Positions 36,957 through 47,594 are shown, counted from the stretch's first letter. The stretch is DNA of 64,000 nucleotides from an archaeon CG10_big_fil_rev_8_21_14_0_10_43_11 (GCA_002763265.1 PEZQ01000003.1:19761-83760); one strand, 5' to 3'. The notes: generated from the sequence alone by a model not told the origin. Translations and numbers: made by a program.

Positions 36957-37874
36957 ATGAAACACGTGCATCACTATGATGTGAGCGGAAACTTTGTACA
37001 TGACTGGCAGAACTCAGGCTTTAGTGCTGGGCGCGTAAGCCAGGCAGGCAAACTTGTTGAACGAATGTTGCAAGACAAAGATTGTACTATCTTTATGAGT
37101 GTTGCAGGCGCTCTCATCCCTTCAGGCATGCGAAACGTGCTTGGCAGCTTTCTTAAAAACGCGTGGGTTGATGCGCTTGTTGTAACTGGAGCAACTCTTA
37201 CTCACGACCTTGCTGAAGCACTTGGCTACAAACACTTTATGGGCACGCACAACGCGGATGACGCAAAACTGCACGAAAAACGACTTGACCGCGTGTGGGA
37301 TGTGTACTTTGACGACCACTCATATGAAGGCATTGAAGACTTCTGTAAAAAAGTATTCAAAAACCTTGAAAAAAAATCATACTCTTCAAAAGAGATTATC
37401 TGGAAACTAGGCGAGCACATAACTGATGAAAACAGTCTGATTCGCCAATCCTATCTTAAACAAATCCCCATTTACTGCCCCGCGCTTGTTGATTGCGGTC
37501 TTGGCATGCAAGTGTGGACGTACGCAAAAGAGTATGGCTTTAGTGTTGACCCCTTTAAAGACTGGGACGAGCTTGTTGCACACCACGTGTGGACTGCAAA
37601 AAAGACCGGCGTCATCCTGCTTGGCGGCGGCGTGCCAAAAAACTTCATACTTCAAGCACAACAATTCAATGATGCTACGCATGGCTACGCGCTCCAAATC
37701 ACTACCGCCGACGTAAACGACGGTGGACTGAGTGGCGCTGAACTTCGCGAAGGCATTAGCTGGGGAAAACTCAGCAAAGACAGTGAAGTTGTTGACGTGC
37801 GAGCAGACATAACCCTTGTTCTTCCCATTATTGTTGATTATCTCAAAAAACAGGGCGTAACACGCATTAGCTAG
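36957..37874 (+). CDS. dys: Deoxyhypusine synthase.
   Basis: Motifs AGALIPSGM, TGATLTHD, GGGVPKNF and EGISWGKL. Confidence 0.9.
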   Translation: MKHVHHYDVSGNFVHDWQNSGFSAGRVSQAGKLVERMLQDKDCTIFMSVAGALIPSGMRNVLGSFLKNAWVDALVVTGATLTHDLAEALGYKHFMGTHNADDAKLHEKRLDRVWDVYFDDHSYEGIEDFCKKVFKNLEKKSYSSKEIIWKLGEHITDENSLIRQSYLKQIPIYCPALVDCGLGMQVWTYAKEYGFSVDPFKDWDELVAHHVWTAKKTGVILLGGGVPKNFILQAQQFNDATHGYALQITTADVNDGGLSGAELREGISWGKLSKDSEVVDVRADITLVLPIIVDYLKKQGVTRIS

Positions 37875-37910
37875 GGGAAATACTTTAATCTGCAGATTAT
37901 CCTACGTTTT

Positions 37911-39227
37911 ATGATGCAAAGCAATTTGTCTGATTCATCAGTGGTTCATCAAACAAGCTTTGGTGATGAGCACAGTGTTAAACACGTTTCAGACTACATT
38001 CAAGAAAAGCTTGGAGAATGCGGCTTGTGTCTTGAAGAACTCTGCAACACAAACATACTTGACCAGCCGCTGTCACAAATGCGCGGTTACAAACCAGATT
38101 CAGTAGCGTACTTGCATGCAAAAGATGTTTTTCAAAAACACTTCTCACGAAGCGCGCGTCTTGCCCGTTTTGTTTTTGACTTTGCACACGCGTATCGCAT
38201 TCTTAACAAACAAGACGGGTCCGTAGAAGATTCTGTTGAACAATCACTAGACTACCTGATACACCACCTTCATGTTAACCAGCACGACCTATACCCCGAG
38301 TTTGCACAACCAAAAAAACGAAACCCCCGCGCGTATATGCGTTTTAGAATGAACAAACCCGCTTTTTTTGAAGCGCGATTCAAACAATACGCAACAAAAT
38401 CTCTCAAACCACTTTTTGAACTCTTGCACACCACACGAGAACTGCACGGCGCAGAAAATATGCTTATTACCCAACTTGAAACTGCAAGCAATGGAAACAT
38501 GACCTACCTTACAAAACCTCGCGTGCACGAGTATTTGCGCACGTACCTTTCTAATAACGTAATTACTCACCACGAGATTGACCAACTTTCAGACGTGATT
38601 GACCATTATGCACAACAAAAAATCGCGTTTAATAACCCCTTGCGAAAAACATTCCCGCTCGCTATCAAATTTCTCAAACCATTCGATTTACAACACCTTG
38701 AAACAGCTCTTGAAGGAAGTCCGCTTCTCAAACCATTTGAGCAAGCACTCAGAGCATATGCGCGGAGTGGAGAGCACCTCCAAAACTACGTGCTTAACAA
38801 GGGAAAAGGCACTGCTTCATTTGAATTTGGCTTTAATGATGAGGGCATTGCTCTTTTTCGGATAATGTTACTCTCGCAAGCAGACACACACAACCTGTTT
38901 GAAAACGTGATGCGCTCCCTTTTGAGCGGGGGTCATGGAAACCTGCGCTACATACAAGAAAGCACGGCTTCGTTTCTCGAGCGCTTTCCCGAAGAACCCT
39001 TCCTGCGCGACACGTACCTTGCTGATAAGTATCCGCTCTCACTTGTTATTGATGAAAACTCATTTGCCCTAAACGCGACACTTCCTCTTCTTAGACCGGG
39101 TATTGTTCGCTATGCATTTAAATCACAAAACGAAGAACACATATTCCTGCGTCAACTTGACGCACTCAAGCGCGTCTTGCGTTGCGCACCTCAACCGCTT
39201 GAAAGCTTTGAGAAACTTCCGCTTTAG
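37911..39227 (+). CDS. Hypothetical protein.
   Basis: 438-aa ORF. No family recognised. Confidence 0.4.
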   Translation: MMQSNLSDSSVVHQTSFGDEHSVKHVSDYIQEKLGECGLCLEELCNTNILDQPLSQMRGYKPDSVAYLHAKDVFQKHFSRSARLARFVFDFAHAYRILNKQDGSVEDSVEQSLDYLIHHLHVNQHDLYPEFAQPKKRNPRAYMRFRMNKPAFFEARFKQYATKSLKPLFELLHTTRELHGAENMLITQLETASNGNMTYLTKPRVHEYLRTYLSNNVITHHEIDQLSDVIDHYAQQKIAFNNPLRKTFPLAIKFLKPFDLQHLETALEGSPLLKPFEQALRAYARSGEHLQNYVLNKGKGTASFEFGFNDEGIALFRIMLLSQADTHNLFENVMRSLLSGGHGNLRYIQESTASFLERFPEEPFLRDTYLADKYPLSLVIDENSFALNATLPLLRPGIVRYAFKSQNEEHIFLRQLDALKRVLRCAPQPLESFEKLPL

Positions 39228-40084
39228 CGCGCAATCAAAAGTAAATACGCAGCAATAATAAGAATCGCTGAAGGCAAGTATACAAACAAATATGAATCAT
39301 TTAATGCACTTGCACACTCTTCGCTCGCATGGGTTGGCAGATATTCTTTTACTAAACAAGCAAGAAGCGTTTCGCGAGGCACACCAAATGGCACGCCGTA
39401 CCCTTCTCCAATACGCGCGCGCATTACGTATTCCTGCTCGCTAAAATCTTGTTTTTCATTAAGAAAAGTGATAATATCAGTTTTCATAGACTGCGAGTTC
39501 CACCCAAGCTCATCAAATAAGCGCACGGCAAAATACGTTTCTAAAACACTTGCTCGCACCACACTTGCATTAGTCCGCTCAGCAAAACCGGATTCAGGAA
39601 TTTTAAATGCAAGCACATGAGAAATGATAGCATCAGCTTCTGTTTTTGGCACATCACTGCCAAGAATGCTCTGAATCCGCACATACGCGTACCACGCACG
39701 GGGCGTGAGTTCTCCTGCATCACTCACATAGGCACGTGAGCGTGCAAGAATGGTGCGAACCATTCCCTCTGAGAGCTCGTTTAAGTATTTGAACTGGCTG
39801 AATGTTTCAAGCGCAATCATTGTTGCGTACAAGGGGTCTTCATTTCCTACCTGAAAAAAGCCCTGGTCGTATTGATTTACAAAGAAATTAATAATTGCAT
39901 CTTTTTTTATGAGAAAACTCATTGCCTGTTCTGAGGCGGCCTGCACCACGTTTCCCGTTACGCTAATGCTTGGCGTAGCCCCAATATCATGACTAAGACC
40001 TGTTTCTTGTGATGCAATAAACAGTTTTGCAAATGGGATGAGTGCGAAAACGATTAATACTCCTGCAATAACGGTTCGTCTCAT
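39224..40084 (-). CDS. Secreted or surface protein with an N-terminal signal and a C-terminal TM anchor.
   Basis: N-terminal hydrophobic signal MRRTVIAGVLIVFALIPFA and a C-terminal hydrophobic segment ending LLLIAR. Confidence 0.4.
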   Translation of the reverse strand: MRRTVIAGVLIVFALIPFAKLFIASQETGLSHDIGATPSISVTGNVVQAASEQAMSFLIKKDAIINFFVNQYDQGFFQVGNEDPLYATMIALETFSQFKYLNELSEGMVRTILARSRAYVSDAGELTPRAWYAYVRIQSILGSDVPKTEADAIISHVLAFKIPESGFAERTNASVVRASVLETYFAVRLFDELGWNSQSMKTDIITFLNEKQDFSEQEYVMRARIGEGYGVPFGVPRETLLACLVKEYLPTHASEECASALNDSYLFVYLPSAILIIAAYLLLIAR

Positions 40085-40102
40085 AGTCTTACTCTCCTGC
40101 GC

Positions 40103-40819
40103 TTATCCGTACATATTTCTGCTCTCATCGCTTTCATGCTTGACTTCTTTTGCCTTGCCAATCAAGTCCTTTATTTTCTTTTCAAACTCTTCTGCTTCAG
40201 CTACAAGCGGCTTGACATCTACATTCACTTTAAAAAGCGACCCCAATTTTTTGATGAGTGCAACAGCAGCAAGCCCGTCTGGATAGTTTGAATGGCTTTC
40301 AGCCATAAGGCAGAGCGCTTTTATTTTTTTATACTTGCATGCAAGCATGATTGCCGCGCTCACACCAAGAATGTATCCTGTCTTAACTGGTTCAAGACCG
40401 CTTGGCAATTTTGTTTTAATATTCGCATCAATGCCAAATACGCGCGGTTCTTCTGCTATGTTAGGAGAATTAATTCCTTCCAAGCACACGATGCGTGATG
40501 CATTAATCTCTTTTGCCCATTTTACAATTGCTTCTCCAACATCATGAATAAGCGTTGCCGGCACGGGAAACTCTGAACTGATAATGACCCATCCTTTTGA
40601 AGGAACATCATAAATACGGATAGGATTGTACACGTCCCCGTCCTGAATAAAACTTAAGGGGGGTAAATGCGGTGATTCAATGTGACCAATTTGCTTTGCA
40701 TCTAGTTTTTGCGTTAAATACTTTGACGCGATTGAGCCAACAAGACCCACACCGGGAAATCCCTCAATAATAATTGGCGCTTTTGTTTTTGGCTTTTTAG
40801 AAACAATCCTTACCTCCAT
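40103..40819 (-). CDS. PAC2-family protein, an archaeal homolog of proteasome assembly chaperone 2.
   Basis: An N-terminal IIEGFPGVGLVGSIA motif and an overall ATP-grasp-like PAC2 pattern. Confidence 0.65.
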   Translation of the reverse strand: MEVRIVSKKPKTKAPIIIEGFPGVGLVGSIASKYLTQKLDAKQIGHIESPHLPPLSFIQDGDVYNPIRIYDVPSKGWVIISSEFPVPATLIHDVGEAIVKWAKEINASRIVCLEGINSPNIAEEPRVFGIDANIKTKLPSGLEPVKTGYILGVSAAIMLACKYKKIKALCLMAESHSNYPDGLAAVALIKKLGSLFKVNVDVKPLVAEAEEFEKKIKDLIGKAKEVKHESDESRNMYG

Positions 40820-40852
40820 AGTGTATCTACACGCACGCAGGGTATTTAACAG

Positions 40853-42154
40853 TTATCTGTTGTAGAAGCTTCGTAATTTCAAGATGAATATAAGCAGAAA
40901 TAATCCAACAAGACCAACCCCTATAGAAATCTCCATAAGCACACTTTCTTCTGCTCTACTGCGAATGCTCACAAAACGCGTTGCAGACGTTGTTGCAAAG
41001 AGTTGTGACAATCCATAATTGCCAAGAGAAAACTCGTCAATACTTTGATTGAGTAACGCAACCGCGTATGCATACTCCTGTTTCATCTCGCCGCGATTTC
41101 CTAAATACGCGTATTTGAGAATGTTTGCTGCTTTTTCCCGAACGACGTTAGAAGAATTAATCAAACGACCCAGGCTCTTTGTTATGTTTGCTTGCCCCTG
41201 CATTACAATTGAAATAAGTTCTTGGCTTTGGCCTTCATCATATATTACGCGCACGCGCTCGTTTCGTGATGAACTGCCTAAGCTCACATTCAAAAGACGA
41301 ACACTTGCATTAGTTGAAACATTGCCAAACAAGTGTGACGCGCTTCGAAACGTGAGAGTCACATTGTGAAGCGGGATGAGGCACGTATTATTGATGCTAA
41401 AAAAGATGTCTTGACTGCTATCACGGGTTGCAGGCATTTGGTTTGGTCCGTCAATTTCAACACAATCTCCTGAAATAATGATTGGCTCACGCGCGCTATA
41501 GATTTTTCCGCCAAATTCGGTTTCAACACGAATTGTGTACGAACCTGGAAGTATATCTCTAAGCTTGATACTTTTGGTATAATCAACTACGCCGCTCACG
41601 TTTTGTTTGGTATCAGAGTCGCCAAGAATAAACACGTTTGATTCATCGTACAGGCCATAATACACTTCAAAAAATGTTGCACTCTCAAAATTCACCAAGC
41701 GAACATCAATGTCAATGGTAGCATCATCTTCAAACACTGATTTCTCAAGACTAATATTGAGCAGAGCACCCGAACAGTCCGTATCATTTTGCACACACGT
41801 TGCGCCAAACGCACTTGCACACCCGCTGTCAGCTTCGCACCGATACACGCGTCCTTCAAAACAGACGCCTTCAGTAAACGTAAAAACTCGCTTGTCTCCA
41901 CAACACTGACTAATGCTGCTAACATATTCTCCGCACTCGTTGCACGCGCTTGTTGAACTCACTGAAACCCACTCTCCATTGTGGCATACGTATTCAAACC
42001 CGCACGCAAGTGAGGTTGCACTTCTCGTTGATGCATTCACATAGCACACCTCCCCATCAAAACAACTTATTGGGTTATCAGTGCACTCCTCAGCAAATAC
42101 AACACTTGCTGAGGCAAGCACAAAAAACAAACCAAGTATGAATCGCACTCCCAC
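40853..42154 (-). CDS. Cys-rich, N-glycosylated surface protein with a C-terminal TM anchor.
   Basis: A signal peptide, more than 20 Cys in the first 130 aa, many NxS/T sequons and a C-terminal hydrophobic anchor followed by a basic tail. Confidence 0.45.
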   Translation of the reverse strand: MGVRFILGLFFVLASASVVFAEECTDNPISCFDGEVCYVNASTRSATSLACGFEYVCHNGEWVSVSSTSACNECGEYVSSISQCCGDKRVFTFTEGVCFEGRVYRCEADSGCASAFGATCVQNDTDCSGALLNISLEKSVFEDDATIDIDVRLVNFESATFFEVYYGLYDESNVFILGDSDTKQNVSGVVDYTKSIKLRDILPGSYTIRVETEFGGKIYSAREPIIISGDCVEIDGPNQMPATRDSSQDIFFSINNTCLIPLHNVTLTFRSASHLFGNVSTNASVRLLNVSLGSSSRNERVRVIYDEGQSQELISIVMQGQANITKSLGRLINSSNVVREKAANILKYAYLGNRGEMKQEYAYAVALLNQSIDEFSLGNYGLSQLFATTSATRFVSIRSRAEESVLMEISIGVGLVGLFLLIFILKLRSFYNR

Positions 42155-42243
42155 AATGTATACTGGTGTTGACCCTGATTAATTAAACTTTCCAACAACA
42201 TATTTTTATTCACAAAACATAAAGAAAACACAAAAACCACCTT

Positions 42244-43434
42244 ATGGCAGACACTATTACCCATTACTACATACACGACCTACTCGTTAACGGACTACTC
42301 TTTAGCACGCCAGTTATTGTTTTGTACTTAATGCAATTTGTAAGCATTGGAAACGTGCTGCTTTTAACTTCGCTCCAATTCTTTCTTGTTGCAGCACTTG
42401 AAATCCCCACCGGCATTTTTGCTGACGTGTACGGACGAAAAGCATCACTTATTGTTGGTTCTCTTGTTTCAATGATTGGATGGAGTGTGTTTCTTTTCTC
42501 ACGCTCGCTTAGCTCTTTTGCACTTGCATACGTCAGTTTTGGCATTGGTTTTGCGTTTATTTCAACAAGCATTGAAAGCATGGTGTATGACACGCTTCGA
42601 AGCACAAAACAAGAAGGACGCGCAACAGAAATATTTGGCAAAGCCATCTTCTACTCATCACGCATCTCACCATTTGTGCTTATTGCAAGCGGCTTTATTG
42701 CAAAAATAAATTATGGGCTAGTCTTTCTGCTTGAAGCACTCAAATGGCCGCTTGTCGCGCTTAACGCATACCTCATCCCTGAACCAAGTCATCGCACACC
42801 AAAACGGGTGCGTGCCTACGTGCAGGAATCAAAAGCAAGCATCACTGCTGCGCTCAACATTCCTAATTTTGGCGCGTTTGTACTTATCTCAGGACTTGTC
42901 TATGCACTTGTGCACATCACGTCACAATATGACCAACCGCTTATGTACGCTGCTGGTGTTGACGTTGCCTTATTTGGTATTATTTATGCAATCATGCAAT
43001 CACTAAGCGGATGGGCTGCGCGTTTTGCTCACCACCTTGAACGCATAACCACACCAAAAAATGTGCTTCGACTCATACTCGCCCTGTACGGCAGCGTTCT
43101 CTTTTTTCTTGCTATCTATGGCCACCCATTTATTGTAGTATTTCTTGTTGCAACACGCTTTACTACAAAAGGACTTGAAACACCCATTCTTTTGCAATAC
43201 ATAAACCGTTTTATCCCTTCAAAAAAACGCTCAACACTCGCCTCGTTTTACGTATTCATGCAATCAGCAATACTCGTCTTTGCTTCAGCAGTGTTTAACG
43301 TGTTTACAGACCAGTATGAAACAAGCGGCGCACTTGTTATTGCTGGTGTGCTTATTCTTGGTCTCATACCGTTTGTAGTTGAATCTCCTACACGTCAACT
43401 TTCAAAAAATCGTAGGCAGCAACGCATTTCTTAA
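42244..43434 (+). CDS. MFS transporter.
   Basis: Twelve predicted TM segments and the MFS loop motif GIFADVYGRKASL. Confidence 0.75.
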   Translation: MADTITHYYIHDLLVNGLLFSTPVIVLYLMQFVSIGNVLLLTSLQFFLVAALEIPTGIFADVYGRKASLIVGSLVSMIGWSVFLFSRSLSSFALAYVSFGIGFAFISTSIESMVYDTLRSTKQEGRATEIFGKAIFYSSRISPFVLIASGFIAKINYGLVFLLEALKWPLVALNAYLIPEPSHRTPKRVRAYVQESKASITAALNIPNFGAFVLISGLVYALVHITSQYDQPLMYAAGVDVALFGIIYAIMQSLSGWAARFAHHLERITTPKNVLRLILALYGSVLFFLAIYGHPFIVVFLVATRFTTKGLETPILLQYINRFIPSKKRSTLASFYVFMQSAILVFASAVFNVFTDQYETSGALVIAGVLILGLIPFVVESPTRQLSKNRRQQRIS

Positions 43435-44296
43435 AAATCTCACGACACTCCTTTTCAAGTGGCTTTATGCGCGCATACTTTTTTGAAAAATGCGTGATGT
43501 AGAGCACGCCCACTCCAGCAAGTTTTGCAAGTTCAGCAGCTTCATGCGTGGTCATATGATTCTTCTCTTTTTTGTCACGCTCAAGCGTGTCAAGCTGAGA
43601 AAACGTTGCCTCACTAATCAAAACATCAGCTCCCTCACAAAAAGCAGCAAGCGAGTTTGTAAATCGCGCGTCACCCGTGTACACAACCCGCTTCCCGCTC
43701 TGCACCCATGTTGCGTCTTTTGCTAAAATCTTTTTTCCTTTGTATTCAATATTCTCTCCTTTTTGGAGTTTGCCAAGAAGAGGATGCTTGGAGAGACCAA
43801 ATTTTTTTGTGTAGTCAACATTAATCTTGATTTTGTCCTTTTCAACAAAGCTAAAGGCAAGACTAGTTGGTGAGTGGCGTGTTTTAGCACACCAAATCTC
43901 AAAATCCTTAGTGTTCACGACGTTTGTTGGTGCATGCGCATCAACTTCAATTATTTTGATAGGAAACCCGCCCACTTTTCCAAACACGTCTTCAAGAAGG
44001 GACAGTTTATGTTTTGTGCTGGTAAAACCAATAATGGTCAATGTTTTTTTTCGCTCGTTCATCTGCATAGAGCGCAATAACGGATACAAACCGGCGCTAT
44101 GGTCTGCATGCCAGTGAGATATGAGAATATAATCAATTTTGGTACCAAGCAAGCCTGCACGTGTGAGCTGGCGCTGCGTTGCTTCACCACAATCAAACAA
44201 GACGCGCGTGCCCTCTTTTGTGAGATGAATTGCTGCATGGTTCCGCTCTTTTGTTGGCACTGCAGAACTCGTGCCAAGAAATACTAATTCAATCAT
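43388..44296 (-). CDS. rnz: Ribonuclease Z (tRNA 3' endonuclease, metallo-beta-lactamase fold).
   Basis: LGTSSAVP and HWHADHSAGL (HxHxDH) with an RNase Z-type C-terminal half. Confidence 0.88.
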   Translation of the reverse strand: MIELVFLGTSSAVPTKERNHAAIHLTKEGTRVLFDCGEATQRQLTRAGLLGTKIDYILISHWHADHSAGLYPLLRSMQMNERKKTLTIIGFTSTKHKLSLLEDVFGKVGGFPIKIIEVDAHAPTNVVNTKDFEIWCAKTRHSPTSLAFSFVEKDKIKINVDYTKKFGLSKHPLLGKLQKGENIEYKGKKILAKDATWVQSGKRVVYTGDARFTNSLAAFCEGADVLISEATFSQLDTLERDKKEKNHMTTHEAAELAKLAGVGVLYITHFSKKYARIKPLEKECREIFKKCVAAYDFLKVDV

Positions 44297-44565
44297 ACCA
44301 CTAAAGACATAGGTAGCTCCATAAAAAAGTTATGATACGTGCTACAAAGAAAAAAACTTTAATTCACTCGAAGAGATAGTATTTCCTTTGCAGGATAATA
44401 CCATTCTTTATAGCATTAAACGAGTACGACCCGACTTATCAAAGCCCTTATTATTGGCGGAGCAATCCTTTTTTCAGCCTCGCTTGCAGGCTCATATATG
44501 ATGGGAATGTAAATGAGAAAAAAAAGAAAGGTTTTATTTCTCTCTTTGTCTTTACTTTTTTTGTA

Positions 44566-45255
44566 ATGAAGTACATTGACGTGCACGCGCACACGTGGGA
44601 ACTTGAAAATGAAAAAGACATTCTCACCGAGTGCAAAAAACAGGGCATTCTTGTTATCAACAATGGTACAAACCCTGACACGAACGCACACGTGCTCAAA
44701 GCAGACTCACTAAAAGCCGTGGGGTGGTGGCCCCACGAACGCGCGCAACAAAATACTATTGAAACACAAGCCCAAAACAAAGAGGTTATTGCACTTGGAG
44801 AGATTGGTCTTGACTTTTATTATCAAACAATTAGTGAAAAACAGCAACGTGCCCACTTTACGTTTATGCTTGCGCTTGCAAAAGAACTTGATAAACCCGT
44901 GATTGTGCACAGCAGAAAAGCAGAAAGCGCAGTTCTTGATGTTCTCAAACACTATGACCTGCCTGTTGTACTCCACTCTTTTACGGGAAAAAAATCCCTT
45001 ATCAAAGAAGGTGTTATGCGCGGCTACTACTTTAGCGTGCCAACCATTGTTGTTAAAGCTTCAAATTTTCAAACCCTTGTAAAACTCGTGCCAGAAACAC
45101 AACTTCTTACTGAAACTGACACACCCTATATGGGTGCCACATTTCCAAACACGCCGCTTTCACTACCCCTCGTGGTTGAAAAAATCAATGAGCTAAAAGA
45201 AGATGACCTTACAAAAACCGTGTTTAAGAACGCAAAAACCGTGTTTTCATTCTAA
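44566..45255 (+). CDS. TatD-family metal-dependent hydrolase.
   Basis: IDVHAHT, GEIGLDFYY and VVLHSF motifs. Confidence 0.8.
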   Translation: MKYIDVHAHTWELENEKDILTECKKQGILVINNGTNPDTNAHVLKADSLKAVGWWPHERAQQNTIETQAQNKEVIALGEIGLDFYYQTISEKQQRAHFTFMLALAKELDKPVIVHSRKAESAVLDVLKHYDLPVVLHSFTGKKSLIKEGVMRGYYFSVPTIVVKASNFQTLVKLVPETQLLTETDTPYMGATFPNTPLSLPLVVEKINELKEDDLTKTVFKNAKTVFSF

Positions 45256-45287
45256 AAAAAAATGGTGAAGCGTGAAGTAGCGCGTCT

Positions 45288-45590
45288 TTACTTGGTAAGT
45301 GCAATTTCAATAATTGAAACGTTTGTATTCTTGCCTTCGCGCGAGGTTAACTTTTCTGACCCAATAGTAATGGCGTTGATTTTTACATCATTCATAAATC
45401 GGTTTCGAAGCACTTCAGTCACATCAACTGCGCGTGAAATGTTTTTTCCCCGCGCTTTGAGCGTGATGATTTCTGCACCACCATTAAACTGAAGCATTGC
45501 TGCAGTTACATAATTCATAAAGGGTTTTATACCAATGTAGATAATGTTGTCAGCGCTCTTTTTCTCGCTTGTTTTCTTACTTGCTGCCAT
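45288..45590 (-). CDS. albA: Alba chromatin/RNA-binding protein.
   Basis: NIIYIGIKPFMNYVTAAMLQFNGGAEIITLKARGKNISRAVDVTEVLRNRF matches the Alba core. Confidence 0.85.
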   Translation of the reverse strand: MAASKKTSEKKSADNIIYIGIKPFMNYVTAAMLQFNGGAEIITLKARGKNISRAVDVTEVLRNRFMNDVKINAITIGSEKLTSREGKNTNVSIIEIALTK

Positions 45591-45593
45591 GAC

Positions 45594-45797
45594 TTATGCC
45601 ACCTCCCACTCTTTAACGGTCTTCTTGAGTCGCGTGATGTGTCCTGCTACTCGGTTTCGAAGTCGTTTTGAGGGGATGAATGCGACATCTTTGAGGGCTT
45701 CTTTGTTTTTTGCAAAGTCCGCGCTAAAACGTTCAGGATCCTGCATGAACAGTTTTTTTCCCTTGTTTTTGATAATTACTGGTTTTACTCGGCCCAT
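45594..45797 (-). CDS. rps17e: Ribosomal protein S17e.
   Basis: MGRVKPVIIKNKGKKL...IPSKRLRNRVAGHITRL. The start was moved to the internal Met that matches S17e N-termini. Confidence 0.8.
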   Translation of the reverse strand: MGRVKPVIIKNKGKKLFMQDPERFSADFAKNKEALKDVAFIPSKRLRNRVAGHITRLKKTVKEWEVA

Positions 45798-45846
45798 GAT
45801 TAGCATAGAGTAACTTTTTAATAGTTTAAAAGCTTTTTTCTTTCTC

Positions 45847-46746
45847 GTGATTTACCTTTTCCTGCTCATTGCTGCGCTTGGTCTGCTACTTTACGTGGCA
45901 TATTTCTACTTTAAAGGAGTTTTTTTCCTTGCACTCGCGTTTGTTCTTGCTGTTATCGCGTTTAAAGTGTTTATAAAAAAGTTTCAGCACTACGAGCGTG
46001 CAGTAATATTTGCGTTTGGCAGATTCAGCAGGATTGCAGGACCCGGATGGTCTATTGTCATCCCCTTTATGGAAGAAGTCAAAGAAGTGTATGACGTGCG
46101 CACAACAAGCATGAAACTCAAAGTCCCGCTTTCCCTTACAAAAGAAGAAATCCGGCTTCGAATTGTTGGCACGCTTTACTATAAAGTTGAAGACCCTAAA
46201 AAAGCGTATCTTGAAATCCAAAACCTTGTGTATAACATAAAAGAAATTGCAGAAGCAGAAGTGCGAAACTTTGTTTCAAAAATTAGCTTTAATTACATTC
46301 TTGCAAACATTGACAAAATCAATGAACTCTTTGTTGACAGACTCAAGCACTTAACCCTCAAATTTGGCATTGGCATTGACTTATTTGAACTTGATGAAAT
46401 CAGACCGCCAGAAGAGCTTGTGGATGCTATGCAAAATGTTGAGATTGAAGAAGAAAAATATCAGGCACAAAAATTCAGAGCACTTGCAAACAAAGTGGTT
46501 ATCACTGCTATTGGAGAAGCTGCTAAATCGCTTGACCAGCGCGCCATTTCATACTTGTACGTGAAGGCAATTGAAGGCATTGAAAAAGACAAAGCATCAA
46601 AAATTGTATTCCCTATGGAATTTATGAGCGTGCTTGACAATGTGGGCAGCAAAATGCTTGAAAAAGTAGATATTGGCGGCATTGATATAGGTAAAGCCGT
46701 TGACATGGTCAAAAAAACTATTCTTTCACAAGGAGGCGCTGAATAA
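45847..46746 (+). CDS. SPFH/band-7 (stomatin/prohibitin-like) membrane protein.
   Basis: An N-terminal TM segment followed by an SPFH core (ERAVIFAFGRFSRIAGPGWSIVIPF...). Confidence 0.75.
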   Translation: MIYLFLLIAALGLLLYVAYFYFKGVFFLALAFVLAVIAFKVFIKKFQHYERAVIFAFGRFSRIAGPGWSIVIPFMEEVKEVYDVRTTSMKLKVPLSLTKEEIRLRIVGTLYYKVEDPKKAYLEIQNLVYNIKEIAEAEVRNFVSKISFNYILANIDKINELFVDRLKHLTLKFGIGIDLFELDEIRPPEELVDAMQNVEIEEEKYQAQKFRALANKVVITAIGEAAKSLDQRAISYLYVKAIEGIEKDKASKIVFPMEFMSVLDNVGSKMLEKVDIGGIDIGKAVDMVKKTILSQGGAE

Positions 46747-47054
46747 TGACTGATTTAGAAGACCGTGTCTTAGGAAAGAACCTGGTGCATGTACAATCAT
46801 GGATTGAAAGTGAGCGGGGCTGGGGAACACGACCTGATGGTTGGTCTTTTCATCTTTCACGAGCAGACTATGCCGCGTTCGTTAAGAATTACTGGGATGC
46901 CCAACCTGATGAAACCCCTGATGAATACTCACGACCCGCTGAAAAAGAACTTGTTGTAGCTCAGGTTACACCTGACTTGTATGCGCGCGTAAAAAAGAAT
47001 GAGCATGGCCTGCGCCTCTATAATATTCAGGGCATTCTTAAGATACTTTTATAA
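46746..47054 (+). CDS. Hypothetical protein.
   Basis: 102 aa, with an overlapping stop/start relative to the SPFH gene. Confidence 0.35.
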   Translation: MTDLEDRVLGKNLVHVQSWIESERGWGTRPDGWSFHLSRADYAAFVKNYWDAQPDETPDEYSRPAEKELVVAQVTPDLYARVKKNEHGLRLYNIQGILKILL

Positions 47055-47072
47055 TACTCGGATCCTTTTGTT

Positions 47073-47594
47073 ATGCTCATGTTCTCACTTGCAGAGCTTT
47101 TTGGCATTGCAATTTCAAGCATTGGCGTGACCTACATTTTTTCAGGACTCATTCCCGGACAAATGAAGGATAAAGAGCGCTTCAAACTAAGCGCACTTAT
47201 TGCTATTCCCTCATTATTGCTTCACGAGTTTGCACACAAGTTTGTTGCCATTGCTTTTGGCATGAGCGCAACGTATCACGCTAATTTTTGGGGGCTCTTT
47301 ATTGGTGTGGCACTCAAAACTATGGGGCTTCCTATCTTTTTTGTTCCTGCTTACGTCTCAATTAGCGCCTTTACTGCAACAAAGACCGGACTCATTCTTA
47401 CTGGACTAGCTGGACCAGCACTTAATGGCTTTCTTTTTGCTATAACCTATCCTTTGGAAAAATATATGAAGACCAGAAACCAGCACATACTCCTTTACGT
47501 AACGCGCCAGATAAATATGTGGTTGCTTATCCTCAACCTCCTGCCCATCCCGGGAACAGATGGTTTTAATGCGCTTAGATATTTACTCGCTTAA
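47073..47594 (+). CDS. M50/site-2-protease-family membrane metalloprotease (small).
   Basis: HEFAH (HExxH) in a TM helix and a LLPIPGTDG (LDG-type) motif. Confidence 0.55.
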   Translation: MLMFSLAELFGIAISSIGVTYIFSGLIPGQMKDKERFKLSALIAIPSLLLHEFAHKFVAIAFGMSATYHANFWGLFIGVALKTMGLPIFFVPAYVSISAFTATKTGLILTGLAGPALNGFLFAITYPLEKYMKTRNQHILLYVTRQINMWLLILNLLPIPGTDGFNALRYLLA

